A stretch of 63,791 bases of DNA, the filler included, from Rhizaria sp. SCN 62-66 (Eukaryota), in the NCBI GenBank assembly GCA_001724265.1. It is 5 parts of 5 records of this genome, joined end to end, with 100 filler letters (N's around TTAATTAATTAA, not from the genome) between each part and the next. Parts side by side here need not be neighbours in the genome. Positions count along the whole stretch, not along the records: positions 20,731 to 49,461 come from MEDY01000661.1; 4 more parts are not named here. One strand, given 5' to 3'. Shown piece after piece: positions 20,731 to 35,700 of this stretch. Within the stretch, counting starts at the first letter, position 1, and each line of letters opens with the position of its first letter. The notes beneath the pieces are model-generated. The model was given only the letters and a program-made list of their open reading frames with translations. It was not told where the DNA came from and made no database searches. The position numbers were made by a program, and so were the translations under genes.

Positions 20731-23700
20731 GCTGCGCTGCCCGCCGCCGCCGCGGTCGCCGCGGCCGCCGCGCCCGGGGCTGCGGCCGGCGCTGGCGGGG
20801 CCTCTCTGGCCGCCGCGACCGCCGCCGCTGCTGCAGCGGCCGCTGCCGCCACTGGCGGCCTGGGTGCGGGCGCGGGCGCGGCGTCCGGCGCTGCCGCCGC
20901 TGCCGCCGCCGCCGCTGCGTCTGTCTCGGCCGCGGGCGTCGTGGGCTACATGCCCGGCACCGTCGTCGTGCTGGGCGGTGGCGCGGGCGCGGTGGCTGGG
21001 CCCGGCATTAGCAACGGCGTCATGTCCACGTTCGCGGGCTTCAGCTCCGGCCCCGCGGTGGCGGCCGACGGCGACATGACCATGGGCCGCGCCGCGCAGA
21101 TCCGCGCCGCGCTGCCGCGGGGCAACGTCGACGTGCTGCCCGCCGTGACCCCCGAGCAAGAGAGCTGCAGCGCCGCTGCCTCCACTGCTGAGGGCGAGGG
21201 CGCGGGCGTGAGTGAGCCGCCGCGGGCGCCCGCGCTGCTGCCGACACGCGCGCTAGCACTGCACCTGGCACACGCGCCGTGGGTGCATCCTACCACCCTC
21301 GACGCCGTGCTCGCCTCAGCCAGCGACCTGCTCAGCTTCTCGCGGGCCAAGGCGCGCGCGCGCGGCCAGCGAGCCCGCGTGTGGCGCTCGCTCGTCCGCA
21401 GCGCGCTACAGTACGACTGGGAGAACGGCAGTCCCGAGCAGGACGGCGCCGCTGCGGACGGCGACAACGGCGACGACGGGCAGCCGCGCACCGCGGACGA
21501 CTCCGCCGCGGCTGCCGAGATGGGCGACGCCGACAACAGCAAGGCGCTGACTGTGGGCGGCAGCGGCAAGAGCCGGCGCACGCCGCAGTTCTCGGACGGC
21601 CCCATGCTCGGCCAGTCGCGTCTGCGCGCGCTGGTCAACGCCGCCATCGCCTCGCTCGTCGACGGCACCTCCGCCGACTCCAACTCCAACGCCACCAACA
21701 GCACCAGCGCCGCCAGCGCGACCGCGAACAGCGGCGCCGCCGCTGCCGGTGACGACGCCGAAGATGCGGCCGCCCCCACGGGCGCACAGTCGCAGTGGCA
21801 GCAGGCGCTGCTGTCGAAGCAGGCGCGCCCGGTGACGCTGCTGGATGTGCGCGTGCTGACGCTGCTGCTGGACCGTGCGCGCGGCTGGCACGGCCGCGTG
21901 CGCCACCTGCTGCGCTCCAAGGACGGCTTCCCGCTCGAGGACATCCAGGCGCTCGAGGCCGAGGCGCGCGATCAGCTGCCCTACATCTCCTCCAAGGAAC
22001 GTGCCAAGATCGCCGAGCTGTCGCGAGAGGCCGGCGCGTGGGTCGCCGCGGTGCGCCTCAAGCTCGCCAAGGCCTGGGCCACGCCCTCGGACCCGTTCTA
22101 CTCCGGCGCAGTCGCCACGGTACCCGCGGCCGACGAGCCGGACAGCAACGCCGCCGCGGTGAACTCGAGCAGCAGCGCCGCCAATGGCAACAACGCTGCT
22201 GAGGACGGCGAGGGCGAGGACGCCGAGGACGACGATGACGACGACGCTAACGAGAGCAACGCTCAGGCGGTCACTGTCGCGGGCAACAGCAACAGCAGCA
22301 GCAGTAGCTCGCGTAATCGGTCGCGCAACAACAGCAAGCGCTCGCGCAACCGTTCCTCGACCTCGGGCTCCAGCTCCAGCTCCAGCTCAGGCTCCAGCTC
22401 CTCGAGCTCCGGCTCCGGCAGCGGCGGCCAGGTCGACGTGCCGCACCCGCCGGGCAAGCTGACCCCGCTCGCGGTCATGCGCCTGCTGCGCACCGCGGAC
22501 AAGGCCTTCCCGGGCGTGTTCACGGACGAGGCCAACTACCTCCGCGCCGCACTGCTCTTCCGCAAGCACCTGCTGTCGACACTCTTCTCCGCGCTGCCCG
22601 GTGTCCCGCGCCGCCTGCTGCTCGACGCGGACCCCGCGGCCAGCGTGACGGTCTCGCAGCCTCTGCCGCCGCTCGTGTCGCCCTCGCCCGGGTCGCCGCT
22701 CGTGGGCGCCGCGGCGGGCGCCAGCACCAGAACGCTCGCCATCGCGGCCGCCGCGGCTGCTGCGGCCAACGCGGCCGCTGCGGACCCGAACGACGACGTG
22801 GACGACGACGAGGAGGGCGACGGCGGCCGTGCGCTGTCTTCGTACGCCTCCACCGCCAAGTCTACTGGCAAGAGCACCAACAAGGTCATGACCGACTCGG
22901 ACTCCGCCGACGCCGCGGCCGGCGCCAACGCCGCGACAGGCGGCGTGCTGGGTTTCATCACTGCCGCCAACGTCGCGCCTGACCACGCCGTGGCGTCCGC
23001 CGCCGCGTCGTCTGCTTCGGGCTCCAGCTTCACCGACCTGCCCCCGCTGAGCGCGCCGTCGTCGCCGTTCCTGTCGTCGACGCTGTCGTACCGCTCCGTC
23101 GCGGGCTCGCTGTCGTCCTTCGGCGGCGTGCCCAGCTACCTGCTCATGCGCACGCTGCAGCAGGCCGAGGTGATCCTGCCCGGCCCGCTCATGGCCACCA
23201 TCGACAACGTCGTCACCATCGACGTGTCCGGCTTTTGCGCGCCCTCGCGCCCGCGGCTGCACCTGGCCGAGGCCGTGGACCTGCTTGCGCTGGCCCACAC
23301 GCGCCTGGGCTTCATGCATGTGCCCGAGCTGCGGTACCTCGAGGTCGCCGTTCGCGTCGCCACCGACTGGGTCACCATGGCGCGCGACCTCTGCACGCGC
23401 CCGCAGTCGATGCCGCTCTTCTCGCAGATGCGCGACCACCTGGCGTATGCGCAGATCCTCCCGCTGGCCGTGTCCGAGGAGGCGCTGCTGCGCCGCGAGC
23501 TGGCCACGCGTGAGTGGGGGCTGCAGGCGACCGTGATGCGCGCCACGGCGCTGCGCTGCGGCTATCGCGGGCTCACGCTGCCCACGGTCACCTCGCTGCT
23601 GCACGCGGCCGACGCGATCCCCGTGGACCCGGCCGTGCCGACGTACCGCACGCTGCGCTCCACGCTCGACGCCGCGCACGTCGTCAACGCGCTCGCGCAG

Positions 23701-26700
23701 GACGCGCTGGGACCCATCTACAGCGAGCCGGCGTCGCTGGAGCCGCTCGACGCTGTGACAAGCGCCGTCGCCATGCTCAACGCGGCGACCGCCGAGGCCA
23801 CGGCCGCCGTCGCCGCGGGGCTGCCCCCGCCGCTGCTGTCGTTGCCCGAGGTCGACCTGCTCGCGCTCACGCACAGCCACATCAAGGCGCTCGAGAAGGC
23901 CTACTCCGCCTACGCCACCGCGGTCGCCGCCGCCACCGCGGCCGCCGCCGCTGCCGGCACGCCCGCGCCGTCCCCGCTGTCGCGCCTGCTGCGCCGCGCG
24001 CAAACCCCGCACCAGCTGTTCCTCAGCCCGTCGGGCGCGCGCGCGGCACCGCGGCAGTCGCTGATGTTCTGGCGCGCGCTGCACCTGGCGATCCGCTCCA
24101 CAGGGCTGCACCAACCCATCGTGTGCCAAGTCGAGGTTGTCATCGCCAACACCCTCAAGTGGTTCGTCGAGGCGCGCGCGCTGCTCACGGTCACCAACTC
24201 GCCCGCCAGCGCCGGCAGCGCCAGCGGGCTGGAGGGCACGGACGCTGCGGTGGGCGCTGCGGCCGCGGTGGTGGCGCCGCACTCTATCCCGTTCCTCCAG
24301 GTCGAGGCGATTCTCTCGCGGCTCGGCTCGCCGTCGCTGGCCTTCATCCCGGCCGCCACGCCCGAAGTCATCCTGCTGCGCCACCTCTCCACAGCCGGCC
24401 GCGGCTGGGTTGACGCCGTCGCCGTGGTGCTTAACACGCTGCGCTTCTCCAAGGCGCTCGTGCCCAACTTCATTAAGAACCAGCTCATGAACCCGAATGT
24501 CGTCGCCACGGCCGCGCACAACGCCCAGATCATCGCCGGCAAGAGCACCGGCCTCAGCGGCGCGGGCAACATGGGCGCCAACAGCGCTGCTTCAGTCGCT
24601 GACGACGACGACGGGCCCGAGTCCTCCGCGAGCCAGTACGCGGGCGCCGTCCCCGAGGCCTACGCGGCCGCGCAGGCGACCAACAGCGCCCTAGCGGCGG
24701 CTGGGCTCACGGGCCCCTCCGCGGCGCACGCTGACCGCGCCGAGGCCGTGATTGGGCTGCGCTGCCTGCTCTCCCTGTACGCGCACCCGCCGACGTACAG
24801 CCTCGCGCAGCGCTTCGTGGACGCTCTCGAGGCCGCCTGCGTCATGTCACGCGCCATGCGCGACCAGGCGCGCCTGCGCTCCAGCGGCCACGGCTACGGC
24901 TACGGCAGCAGCGGCCGCGTCAAGGGCGAGGACGCCGAGAACGGCGACGGCAGCGGTGCCGTCAATGGCAGCGGCGTCGGCAACAACAACGGCGAAGAGG
25001 AGGAGGAAGAGGAGGACGACGGCACCGGCAACGCTCTCAGTCTCCGCACGGGCCGCGGTCTCAAGCGTACCCTCCCCGCGTCCTCGCCGTCCACTTCCGC
25101 CGCCGCCTCCAACACCGCCGCTTCGGCCGCTGCGGCTGACGCCGTCAAGGCCGAGTCTGCCTCGGCCGCAGCCGCCGACGCCGCGGCCACGGACGCCGCC
25201 ACCAAGCGCTCGCTCACCAAGCGCAAGCGCTCGCGCACGGCCGCGGCCTCCGCTGCCGCCGCCGCTGCCCGCCGCGCGCTCGCTGCCGCTGCCGCCGCCA
25301 ACTCGGCTGCCGCCGCCGCCGTCCGTACTGCAGGCTTCACGGGCTTCGGCGTCGCCACGCCCGCCGCTGCCGCCGCCGCGGCGGCCGCTGCTGCCTCGGA
25401 CTCCGTCGCAGGCGCGGCCGCGGGCTCAGGCGCTGGTGCTGGCGCGGGCGCGGGCGACGGCGCCGGCGCTGGCTCCGGCTCTAACACCGCCGCCGCGACC
25501 GCTGCGTCCGCCGCCGCCGCTGCTGCCGCAGCAGCGGGCGTGTCGCACCATCACATCACGATGGGCCGCCGCATCACGCCCTACGAGCTGGCGCTGCTGT
25601 TCGGCCTCTCTGTGGACGTCATGTCGCTCGGCGACGTCGCCGCGCTCGCCAACACCGCCGCCGTCGCCGCCAACTCGTCCCTGGCCGCGGGCGGCAACGC
25701 GCGCAGCAGCAGCGGCCTCGGCTCCCCGGCCTCCGTCTTCGCCACGGCGGCGTCCCCGCTCGCGGCCGCGGGTGCGCGCGCCGGCGCCTTCGCCAGCCCC
25801 ACAGCGAGCTCTAACGCCAGCGCGCACGCCAGCGCGTTCCTGTCGCGCAGCCAGCTCACTGGCACCGCGGCCGCGGCCGCGATCGTCGCCGCGGGCCGCT
25901 GGGACCAGGCCGTGACGCGCGCCGGCTTCAACGGCGCTAACAGCGGCAACGCGGGCGTCGGCTACGGCCTGGGCCTCGACGACTACGAGGACGACGACGA
26001 AGAAGAGACCGTCTCGCTCGCGAGCCCCGCTGCTAACGCCAGCGGCGACGGTAACAACGATCTCATGCAGCTGCCCTCGCCCGTCTCCGGCGCCAGCGCG
26101 AACAACAGCAGCGGCGCCAGCGGCGTCTCTGCTGTGACCTCGCCCGTCGCCCGCACCCCGCGCGCCAGCCCACTGCTGCGCTCGCGGCTTAACTTCTTCT
26201 ACCGCGCGCTGCTTACGGTCTTCACCTCCTCCGACTCGGCCTCCGACGGCGACGACGTGGCGGATTGGGACACCGTGCTCGCCGCGGGTGCGGGCGCCGG
26301 TGGCGGCGGCGGCGGCGGCAGTGTAACCGCGACGGCGACGTACATCGTGCACGACCTCGCTGAAGTGCGTGAGCTCATGGCTCTTGCCGTCTCCGCGGCG
26401 GACGCGGCCAACGTGTTCGTCGATGTCCCCATCACCTCGCTCAACGCCATCGCCACCTCCAGTAACAGCAACGCCATCAAGAATGCCGCCGGCTCTAGCG
26501 CTGGCTCCGGCTCTGCTGTCGTGCCTGCTGCGGCCAGCACCGGCCCCAGGAAGGTCCAGAACTCTTCGCCGTTCCTGGCCACCAACTCCTCCGCCGCCGC
26601 TGCTGCTGCGGCCGCTGCGAGCGCCGCTAGACTGGCGAAGGCCACCGGTAGCGGCACAGCCGAGACCGGCTCACCGCTGCTGCTGCCCCCGCCGCTCCCG

Positions 26701-29700
26701 GCGTCGGCCTCCGTCGCCGCTGCCGCAGCCGCCGCGGCCGCCGCCGACGCTGACGCCGATGCGGACGCCCCCGTGCCCGCAGCCGCAACGGTCGCCGCGG
26801 CCGCCGCGGCCGCTGCGGCCGCCGCTGCCGCCGCTGCTGCTGCAGCCGCTGCAGGTCGCGGCGACGCCCTGAGCCCCCTGAGCACGCTGCCGCCGCACTA
26901 CTCGCTTGACCAGTCGCCGCTCATCTGCGCCGCGCCCTCCGCGGCCGCCGCTTCGGCCGCGACGGGCGGCTGGCGGCGCGTGGCGCTGCGCGACATGACC
27001 CTGGCGGACATGCAGGCGTACTTGGGTGCCTCGGCGACGGCGTCTGTGCCCACCACGGCGTCGCCGCTCGTGCGCATCGTGTCCACCGAGGCCGCCAACG
27101 CCGCGGCCGCCGCAGTCGCGTCCGTCACTGCTGCCGGCGCCGGCTCGACCGCGCTCGCGGTGATGGGCGACGGCGACAGCGACAGCGGTGCTAATAACAA
27201 CAACGCCGCGCGAGCGAGCGCGACTGCGAGCGCGCCCGAGGTGTACGCGCTGACTGCGTCCGTGTCGTATTGCGGCGTGGACGGCGTGGCGTGGCTGCCG
27301 CACCCGGCGCTGCTGACGCGCTCCCCGCTCGCGCTGCTGTCGATCCCGCTCGTCGCCATCGCCGAGGCCAAGCTGCGCGAGGTTGTGCTGACCGTGCGCA
27401 CAGCGTGGATGCTGCTCTGCGCGCCGCCCACCGTCACCTTCAGCATGAAGACGCACCAGAAGATGATTGTGGCGCTGCGCAACATCGGCGAGACGGACGT
27501 CGAGTTCGCACCCTTCGCCGCTGCCGTCAACAACAGCAGCATAGGTAACAGTTCTAGTGCAGCCAACTCGAACAGCGTCAAGCGCGAGTCTTCCGGTGCC
27601 GAGACTGCGCCGAGCAGTGACGCCGCGGCGAGCGCGACCCCGTGCACCGTGGGCGTGCGCGTCGAGCCGCTGTACTCGATCGGCATGCGCCTCGCAGCTG
27701 GCGCGACGTGGGTGGCGCGCGCGGCGTCGATCCTCAAGACGGCCGGCACCGCGGCCAACGCCAGCTCCAACTCCACCACGGCCGCCGCCATTGCTGCTGC
27801 CGCGGCAGGCGCCGCCGCGGTCAAGGGCGCCCGCGCGAGCAAGCGCTCTGTTGCGGACGCCACCGCCAGCAACAGCGGCGTCAGCATCGACATCCTGCCC
27901 GACGGCGACGACAGTGCGGCGCACGGCGACGGCGACGGTGACAGCACCGAGCACGGCGCTGGCGCGATGTCCGACGGGCCCGAGCCCTGCGCCTGCACCG
28001 CCGCGTGCGACTGCGCCAGCGCCGCCGCGGACAAGAACGGCGCGCTCTCGGCCGTGCAGTCCGCACTGGCGCTCACCGCGGCCGCCGACGTGCTGCTTGA
28101 CTGCGACGACGACCTCACGCTGCACTGCGCCGCCGCCACGCGCCTCGACGCGCCGCTCACCTCGGCCGCCGCGCTCGCCGCCGCGGCCGCCGCGGGTGGC
28201 GTGGGCGGCGCCGTGTCGCTCCCCGGCGCGACATCGGTCGTGCCGCGCCTTGTGCCCGCCGCCGCTGCCGCCGCTGCCGCCGCGCTGACGCGTCTCGCCC
28301 CCGCCGCGGGCCCCGCCGCCGCCGCCGCTGCCGCCGCCGCCGCTGCCGCGGGTCCGGCCCCCTCGCAGGTTCTGGACATGGGCGTGCTGCAACTGGCGCT
28401 CGTGCTCGGCCTCGCGCAGTCCGGCCTTGCGCCCTTTGACTCCGTGTACAACAACTCGTCCACGCTCGGCACCGCCGCTCACGCCAAGGCAGTCGCGAAA
28501 CCGAACGCCGACTCTGCGACCGCGTCGTCGAGTCTGAGCGAGGACTACGGCCAGGGCGGCGAAGGCAACGCGGGCGCGCTCGCCAGCGGCTCCGCGCCCG
28601 GCTCCGCGGCGCTCGTGATCCCGTCGCGCGCGCTGTCTCCCTACCAGACCGCCCTGCTCTCGCAGGCCGGCTACGTCAACCCCGTCGCGGCCACCGCGCG
28701 CGCCGCCGACGCCGCCCGCGCGCGCGCCGTCGCGGCGGCGGCGGACGCGGCCGCTGCGGCCGCTGACGGCGACGTTGCGGGTGCCGGTTCGGCCGCCGCG
28801 GTCGCTGCCGCTGCTGCCGCCGCCGCTGCCGCTGCTGCTGCCGCGATCGGCGGCTCGGCTGGCGCCGGTACTGCTGGTGCGGCCTATGCTGCCGCCGCTG
28901 CTGCCGCCGCGGCCGCCCTGGCCGCCGCGAGCCGTCTGGAGCCGCGCACGCTCTCGGCTCGCGGGGCCGCTGCTGCTGCTCGCGGTGGACGTGGCCGTGG
29001 CCGCGGCCGTGGTCGCGGCCGCGGCCGCGGCGGAAGCAGCATTGGCGCGGGCATGCATGACAACTCGGACAACGAGAACGCGGGCGGCAGCAGCAGCGCG
29101 AGCGGCAGCGGCAGCGACAACGAAAACGACGGCGCCGCCTCCGGCTCGTCGTCCTCTGAGCCCTCTGGAGGCGAGGAGGACGAGACCGTCTCCGCCGTCG
29201 ACGTCGCCGCCGTGGCCGCTGCCGCCGCTGCGGACGCCGCTGCTGCGGCCACCGCGGCCGCTGCTGCCGCCGCCGCTGCCGCCGCTCTACCTGTGGTGAG
29301 CCTCGACCCCACCAGCGCCGTGGCTGCCGCTATCAACGACCCTATGTGCTTCGTCGGCCGCATCACCAGCGTCTCCGCCCCCAACAACGCTGCCCTGAAT
29401 AGTATGCGGTCTGAGTCAAGCACCAGTGCGGCCGATGGCGCTGTTGTCGGCGAGAGCACGCTCGCGGGCGTGCCCGGTGTCGTCGTCGGCACCATCACCG
29501 CCAACTACTGCGACGCGACCCACTTCGACGCGCTCGTGAACTTTCCCGCTGCCGGCGCCGCCGCCGCTGGCTCTGCCGGCGGCGCGGGCTCCCCGACCTC
29601 CGCGGCTGCCGCGGCCGCTGCTGCGGCTGCAATGGGCTCGGCGGGCGCGGGCTCCGGCGCCAACGCCGGCGTCGGCGGTGTCACTGGCAGTGTCGGTGGC

Positions 29701-32700
29701 GCCGCGGGCAGTCTGGAAGGTGCGGCGGGCGCGAACAACGTCGACTACGGCGCCAACCTGGTCACGCTGCAGCAGGCGATGCTCTGTCTCTTGACGCAGC
29801 TGTCCTCTTCCGGCTCTGCCGCTGCCGCCGCAGCTGCAGCTGCCGGTGTCGCCAGTGGGGACGATGCTGCTGCGGACGAGGGCACCGCGCTGCTGCCGCC
29901 GCTTTCCGCGGCGACTGCGGCGACGCTGGTGCCCTTCGCGCCCCACAGCGACGGCTCGCACGGACTCAACGTGCACCTCGCGCTGCTGTCGCCGCTCGCC
30001 ACGCACGCCGACGTGCGCGCCGCGCTCTCTGCTACCGACAACAGCAGCAACGGCGACATGACCACCTCGACCTCTGGCTCTAGCGCCAGCGCGAGTGATA
30101 ACGTTGCGTCCGTGAGCGTGAGCGCGCGCGCCGCGGTGCGCCGCCTGCGCCGCGTGCTGCGCCACCTCGACGGCCACGCCATCGCAGACATGATCTGCAA
30201 GATCGCCTCGGGCGCGGGCCGGCTTAACTTCGACTCCGCGGATACGAACTCCAGCAACGCCGACCCCGAGTCGCTGGTGTCCATCTCGCATGGCGTTCGC
30301 CTCCTCATCTCCTCCGTCTCTGACGCTGATGCCGACGCTGACGCCGAGAACGCAACTGACGCCGACGCGTCTCTGTTCGACGAGCTGTCCTCGCCTCTCA
30401 CGCGCGCTGTCGCCAGCAGCGGCGTGGCCGGCGCTGCGGTCGGCGCCGCGCTGCTGGACGTGTGGCACCTCGCCGAGCACGGTCTGCTCGGCCTGCTCTG
30501 GCCCACGGTCACTGGCGCCTCGCTCTCGGCCGCCGCCGCGGGATTCCCTCTGCCCGCGCTCACGGCGACTGCGACTGCAACTCGCAGCAGCAGCTCCAGC
30601 GTCTCAGCGAGCGTCAAGGCGCAGAAGGTGACCGAGGCTGCGGACGCCGGCGACGCCGCTACCGCGATCGCGCTCGCACTCGGCAACCCGCGCGTGCCCT
30701 CGTCCAACTCGAACAGCAGTGTGACGGTGACGACGACGACGACAACCACGGTCACCACGACCACCACAGTGACTGTGGAGAATGACAGCAAGAGCAACAA
30801 CACCGACAGCGCCGCCGCTGCCTCGCCGTCCCAGTCGCAGTCCGCCCAGGGCCAGTGGTCTGCAGTCAACTTCAACGCGCTGATCAACGCGTCAGGTCGT
30901 CGCGCCGGCATCTGGGGCGCCGCAACTGCGCCGCTCGCGCTGCTGCTCGCGCCCTTTGTCGTGGACCCGCTCGCCCTCGCGCTCAACACCGCGCCCTTCG
31001 CCGCTTCCGCGACCAGCACGAGCTCGCAGACGCACACTGTGCGCTGCGCAGGCCCCGTCACCGCGGCCGCGGCGCCCTCCGCGACCGTTTTCTTCCCGCC
31101 GCGCCCCGCTGTCGCCTTCAGCACCAAGATGGTGTCCGAGATCGCCGCTGCCACGGCCGCGACCGCTGCGGCCAACGCCGCCGCTGCGGCCGCCGCGACC
31201 GCTGCGGCGACTGCTGCGTCGGACCCGATGGCCCTCGCGGCCGCGGCGTTCCAGCGCAGCCTCGGCGGTGCGCGCGCGCGTGGACGCGGCCGCGGCCGCG
31301 GCCGTGGTCGTGGCCGTGGCCGTGGCCGCGGACGGCTGGACTTCAACTCGATGCTGCACGACGACCTGAGCGGCGGACGCCGCCGCGGCGCCGCGGGCAG
31401 TGACGATGACGAAGCTGAGGCTGAAGCTGAAGGCGAGGAGGCTGATGTCGACTCTGCGGCGGCCGCTGCCAACGCCGCTGCTGTCGGTATTGATGATGTG
31501 ACGGTCAAGACTGAGCCTGAAACGGCTGCCGTCGTTGAGCCCGCTGTGGCTGTGGCGGTGACCAGCATGACCGACGGTGACACCGAAGTCGCGCCGGTCT
31601 CTGCTACCAACTCTAGCGACAACAAGCCTGTCCCGACCGCTGCGAGCACCACTGCGCCCGCTGTGAACGCGTGGGCTGCCATCGCGTCCGCCGTCGCCGC
31701 CGTGCCGCCCTCGTCGGTGGCCGCGAGCCTCGACCCCCGTGTGCTGCTCCTCGTGTCGCTGCGCAGCCTGCGCCGCCGCCGCGCACAGAAGAGCAAGCTC
31801 ATCAGCCACGCGCACGTCGCGGCACAGCGCCGCGACCGCAGGCGCGGCGGCCGCGGTGGCAACGCCAATAGCGCCGCCGCTGCTGCCGCCGCCGCCGCTC
31901 GCGGGGGCGGTGACGACGACGATGAGGAGGAAGAAGAAGAGCCCTCTAGCGCCGCCGCGGCAGTCGCTGCCGTCGCCGCGGCCGCCGGTGGCGGCAAGGG
32001 CCGTAAGAGTCAGCAACAGCAGCAGACCGCTGCCGCCGCTGCCGCCGCCGCCGCTGCTGCTGCGGCTGCCGCAACCGCTGCCGATGACGACGAGGAGGGT
32101 GCCGATGGCGCCCGAGACGACGACGCTGCGGCGGACTCCGTCTACGGTGTCGACCTCGGCCTCGGTCTCCCGGGCTCCTTCGCGCTTCCGTCGCTCTCGC
32201 TGCCGCTCTCCACGGCGCTCGCCGCTGGGGTCTCTGTGCCTCGCAACAGCAGCGGCAGCAGCTCGAGTACGGTGGTGACCGTCGGCAACCTGATGGGCTT
32301 CCCGTTCATCTCCACCGCAGCGCACGCCGTGCCCGCTTCCGCCTCGTCCTCTGTCCCCGCCTCGACGCCGACCGCGTCGTCCACTGACGGCGACGCGAAC
32401 GCGAGCGTGAACGGAACGATGAACAGCTACGCTGTCTCGATCCCGCACCTGTCGAAGCTCAACCCTCTCGGATACCTGCCCTCCGCCGTGCCGCTCGAGG
32501 TCGTCGCGCGCAACAGCTGGTACCGGTTCACGCTGGAGGAGCTCACGCCCGACGCGGACGACGTCGCCATGCGCCTCGCGCTCTGGGGCCTGATGCGCGG
32601 CGTCATGGCCAAGACCGCCGCCGGCGTCGCGCTCGCCAAGTGCCAGGACACCAGCGAAGACAGTGCGAGCGCCGACGTCGCTGCCGAGAGCGAGGCCGGA

Positions 32701-35700
32701 GCTGCCGATGAGAGCTCGCTTGAATTCATCGACCGCTTCATCGCCCTTCCCGCTGGCGCTGCCTCCGGACCCGCCAGCGCCGGTACTCGACTCAGCGCCA
32801 GCGCTGATGTCAGCGGCATGAGCGCGGCCGCGTGGTACGCGCAGACGATCGCGGACGCCTTCCCCGCATCCGGCCCCGTGCGCGGCACCATCGTCTACTA
32901 CGGCCACGAGCCCACCACGGCCGCCTCCGCTGCCGCCGCCGCCAAGGCGCGCGCGCAGGCGCAGGCTCAGGCCGCCGCTGCTGCTGCCGCTGCCGCCGAG
33001 GGCGACGCCAAGCCCGAGTCCGCCGCGGCTGCCGCTGCCGCCGCGGCTGCCGCGCTCGCGCTGGCCGACGCCGCCCCCGCCGTCGCTGCCGTCGCGTCGC
33101 CCGCTGAGTCCTCGTCCTCGTCCGGTGGCCGCGCGGTCAACGCCGCCGCGCTCGCCGCTTACCTGCACTACTACGCGCCGTCGTCACTGGCCGCGGACGC
33201 CATGAGCCGTCTCTGGCGCGCTTCGCACGGTACCTCTAGCGCGCGCTCCACCGCGACTGTGACCGCGGCTATGGACGATGACGACGCCAAGAGCAGCGCT
33301 CCCCACGACAGCGCGCGCGCATCGCCTCTGACCGCGATCGCACCGTTCTCGTCCCCGCTGTCGTGGCCGCAGTCGGTGGTGTCCTCGCTGTGGCCCTGGC
33401 CCGCCTGGTCGCTCCCCGCGGCCTCCGCGTCGGCCGGCAGCGCCGCCTCGAGCACTGCAGTCGTCGCCGCGCGGCAGTCCGCGCTGCCCGTGCTGACCAC
33501 CTCGCTCAGCCGCGCGCTCGCGGGCATTTCGCTGCCGCTCGCGCACCGCCTCGTGGCCTCAGTCAGCCGCGTGTGCTCATGGCGCAAGCAGGTGCTCTCA
33601 GTCCTGCTGCACCAGGCCGCCAAGGAGGCCGGCCCCGCCGCCGTCGCCGCGCTCACCTCGGCCGCCAACGCCGCCGCCGCGGCCGTCGCCGCCGCAAGCG
33701 GTCCCGACACGCGCGTGCTCGTGCCTGCCGCGGTGACCAACACCCTCCGCGCCCGTGCCCGCGCCCGCGCCTCCGCCGCAGCCGCCGCGGCAGCCGCGCT
33801 GCTCGCGCCCCCACAGCCGCTGCGCGCGCTGCTGGCGGCTGCGCCGACGCTCGCGGTCACGCTGCCCGAAGTCGCGCAGCTCGAGCACCGCCACTGGGCG
33901 CTGCTTTGGGTGTCGCGCGCGCAGCGTCTGTTGGCCGCAACCTCCGCAGCCGCGACGACCGCGGCCGCCGTCACTGCGGCCGCGGTTGCCAGTGCGAACG
34001 CTCAGGCGCACGCGCAGGCTCAGCAGGGCGACGCGGCTGCTGCTGCGGCGACCCCGGCGAGCGGTGACGTGCAAGTGTGGGAAGCCAGCGCCAACGTGCC
34101 GTCGCTGTCGCACATGCTCGCGCACCACCTGCAAACGCAGCAGGGCAAGCGTGGCATGCGCTCGCTCCAACAACCCCCCCAGCCCGAGTCCGTCAGCGGC
34201 GGCGCCAGCTCTCTGTCTGAGGCGCTGGCGTCGCTCCCCAGTCTCTTTGCGCTGGCCTCGGCGCTTAACGCTCTGCGTGCGCGTTGGCGCAACGACCCGT
34301 CGTCCCTCGCGCAGGGCATTTCCGCCGCGGACGTCGCCATCACCGAGCGCGCCGTCGCTGCGCGCGCGGTCGAGAAGGTGCGCGCGCTGCGTGTTGCCGC
34401 TGCGGCCAAAGTCATCGAATCCGAGCTCGCTGCCGCGGCTAACGCCGCCGCCGTTCGCGCCGCCAATGCCGCCGCGCTCGCCGCTGAGAGCGGTATCGCT
34501 GCGCCCGCGGATGAAACCGAGGAGGAGGATCCCGCCGCCGTCGCCGCGCGTGTGTTGAGCTCTGTGGACTGGTCTGCGCCGGCCACGCCCGAGGAGCTCG
34601 AGGCCCTTCAGCACAAGCCCGTGTGGGATCACCTGGACCGGCCCGTGGACCCCAACAGCTTCCCGTCCGTGCACCGCTTCACGCTCGCCGAGCTGGAGAC
34701 ACGTCTGCTGTACCTCACCGAGTGGGGCCGCCTGCTGCGCGCGCTCACCACGCTACGTCTCTCGAGCGCCAACGCGGAGGCCATTCTGGGCCCCGAGGCC
34801 ACGTACGTGCTCGAGGTCGACCCCGACGCGCCCCCGCTCGCGCCCGACTGGAGCCCGCTCTACCAGCTCTTCGCCCCTCTGCTCACGCTCGGCGACTGGC
34901 CCGGTGCGCCGGCCTCGGCCGCCGCGGCCGCCGCGGCGGACGCCGGTGTGGTCGCGCCCAGTCCCGCGCTCGCGGCTGCTGTCGCCGCCGCCGTCGCTGC
35001 TGCTGGTGGCCGCCCGCTGCTCTTCCCCGCACTGGCCGGCCTGTCCGCGCTCCCCGCCTCCGCCACTGCGGGCTCTGCTGATGCCAGCAGCAATACCGGC
35101 GAGGAGGGCGAGATGGCGCATCAGCAGCACGAGAACCCGGCCGCGACGGCCGCCGCGTTCGCCAACGCGCCCGCACACGTGCTCGCTCTCGCGCGCGGCC
35201 TTAGCGACGGCCCCGTGACGTCGTCGCTGGTGCTGCACGCGTACGGCCGTCTGTTCGTGCCGCCGTGCTGCCCGCTGCCCTCGCTGGCGACAATGCGCAC
35301 CGCGCTGACTCTGATCGGCCTCGCGCCCGAGTCCTACCTCCCCGCGCCCGGCTCATCCTTCAGCGTCGAGAAGGTCATCGTGCGCGCGCCGACTTTCCCC
35401 ATCCTCTCCGCCGACGCCCTGGCCGCCAACGCCGCTGCTGATGCGGCCGCTGCGGCCGCGGTCACGCCCGCTATCCCTGTGTTTGACACCAGCGACCCCG
35501 AGGGCCTTGCTGCGGCTGCTGCGGCGGCGGGCTTCGAGACCGTTGATGCGCTGCTCGCCGCCGCTGCGGGCGCCGGCATGGATCTCGACCGCTACCTCTC
35601 CGTCACGCTCGCGCACATTGCTCCTGTTGCTGCTCCTGTGGCGGCGTTCCCCGTCGCGGCAGGGTTCGACGCGTACGCCGTCGAGGCCGAGGCCGCGGCT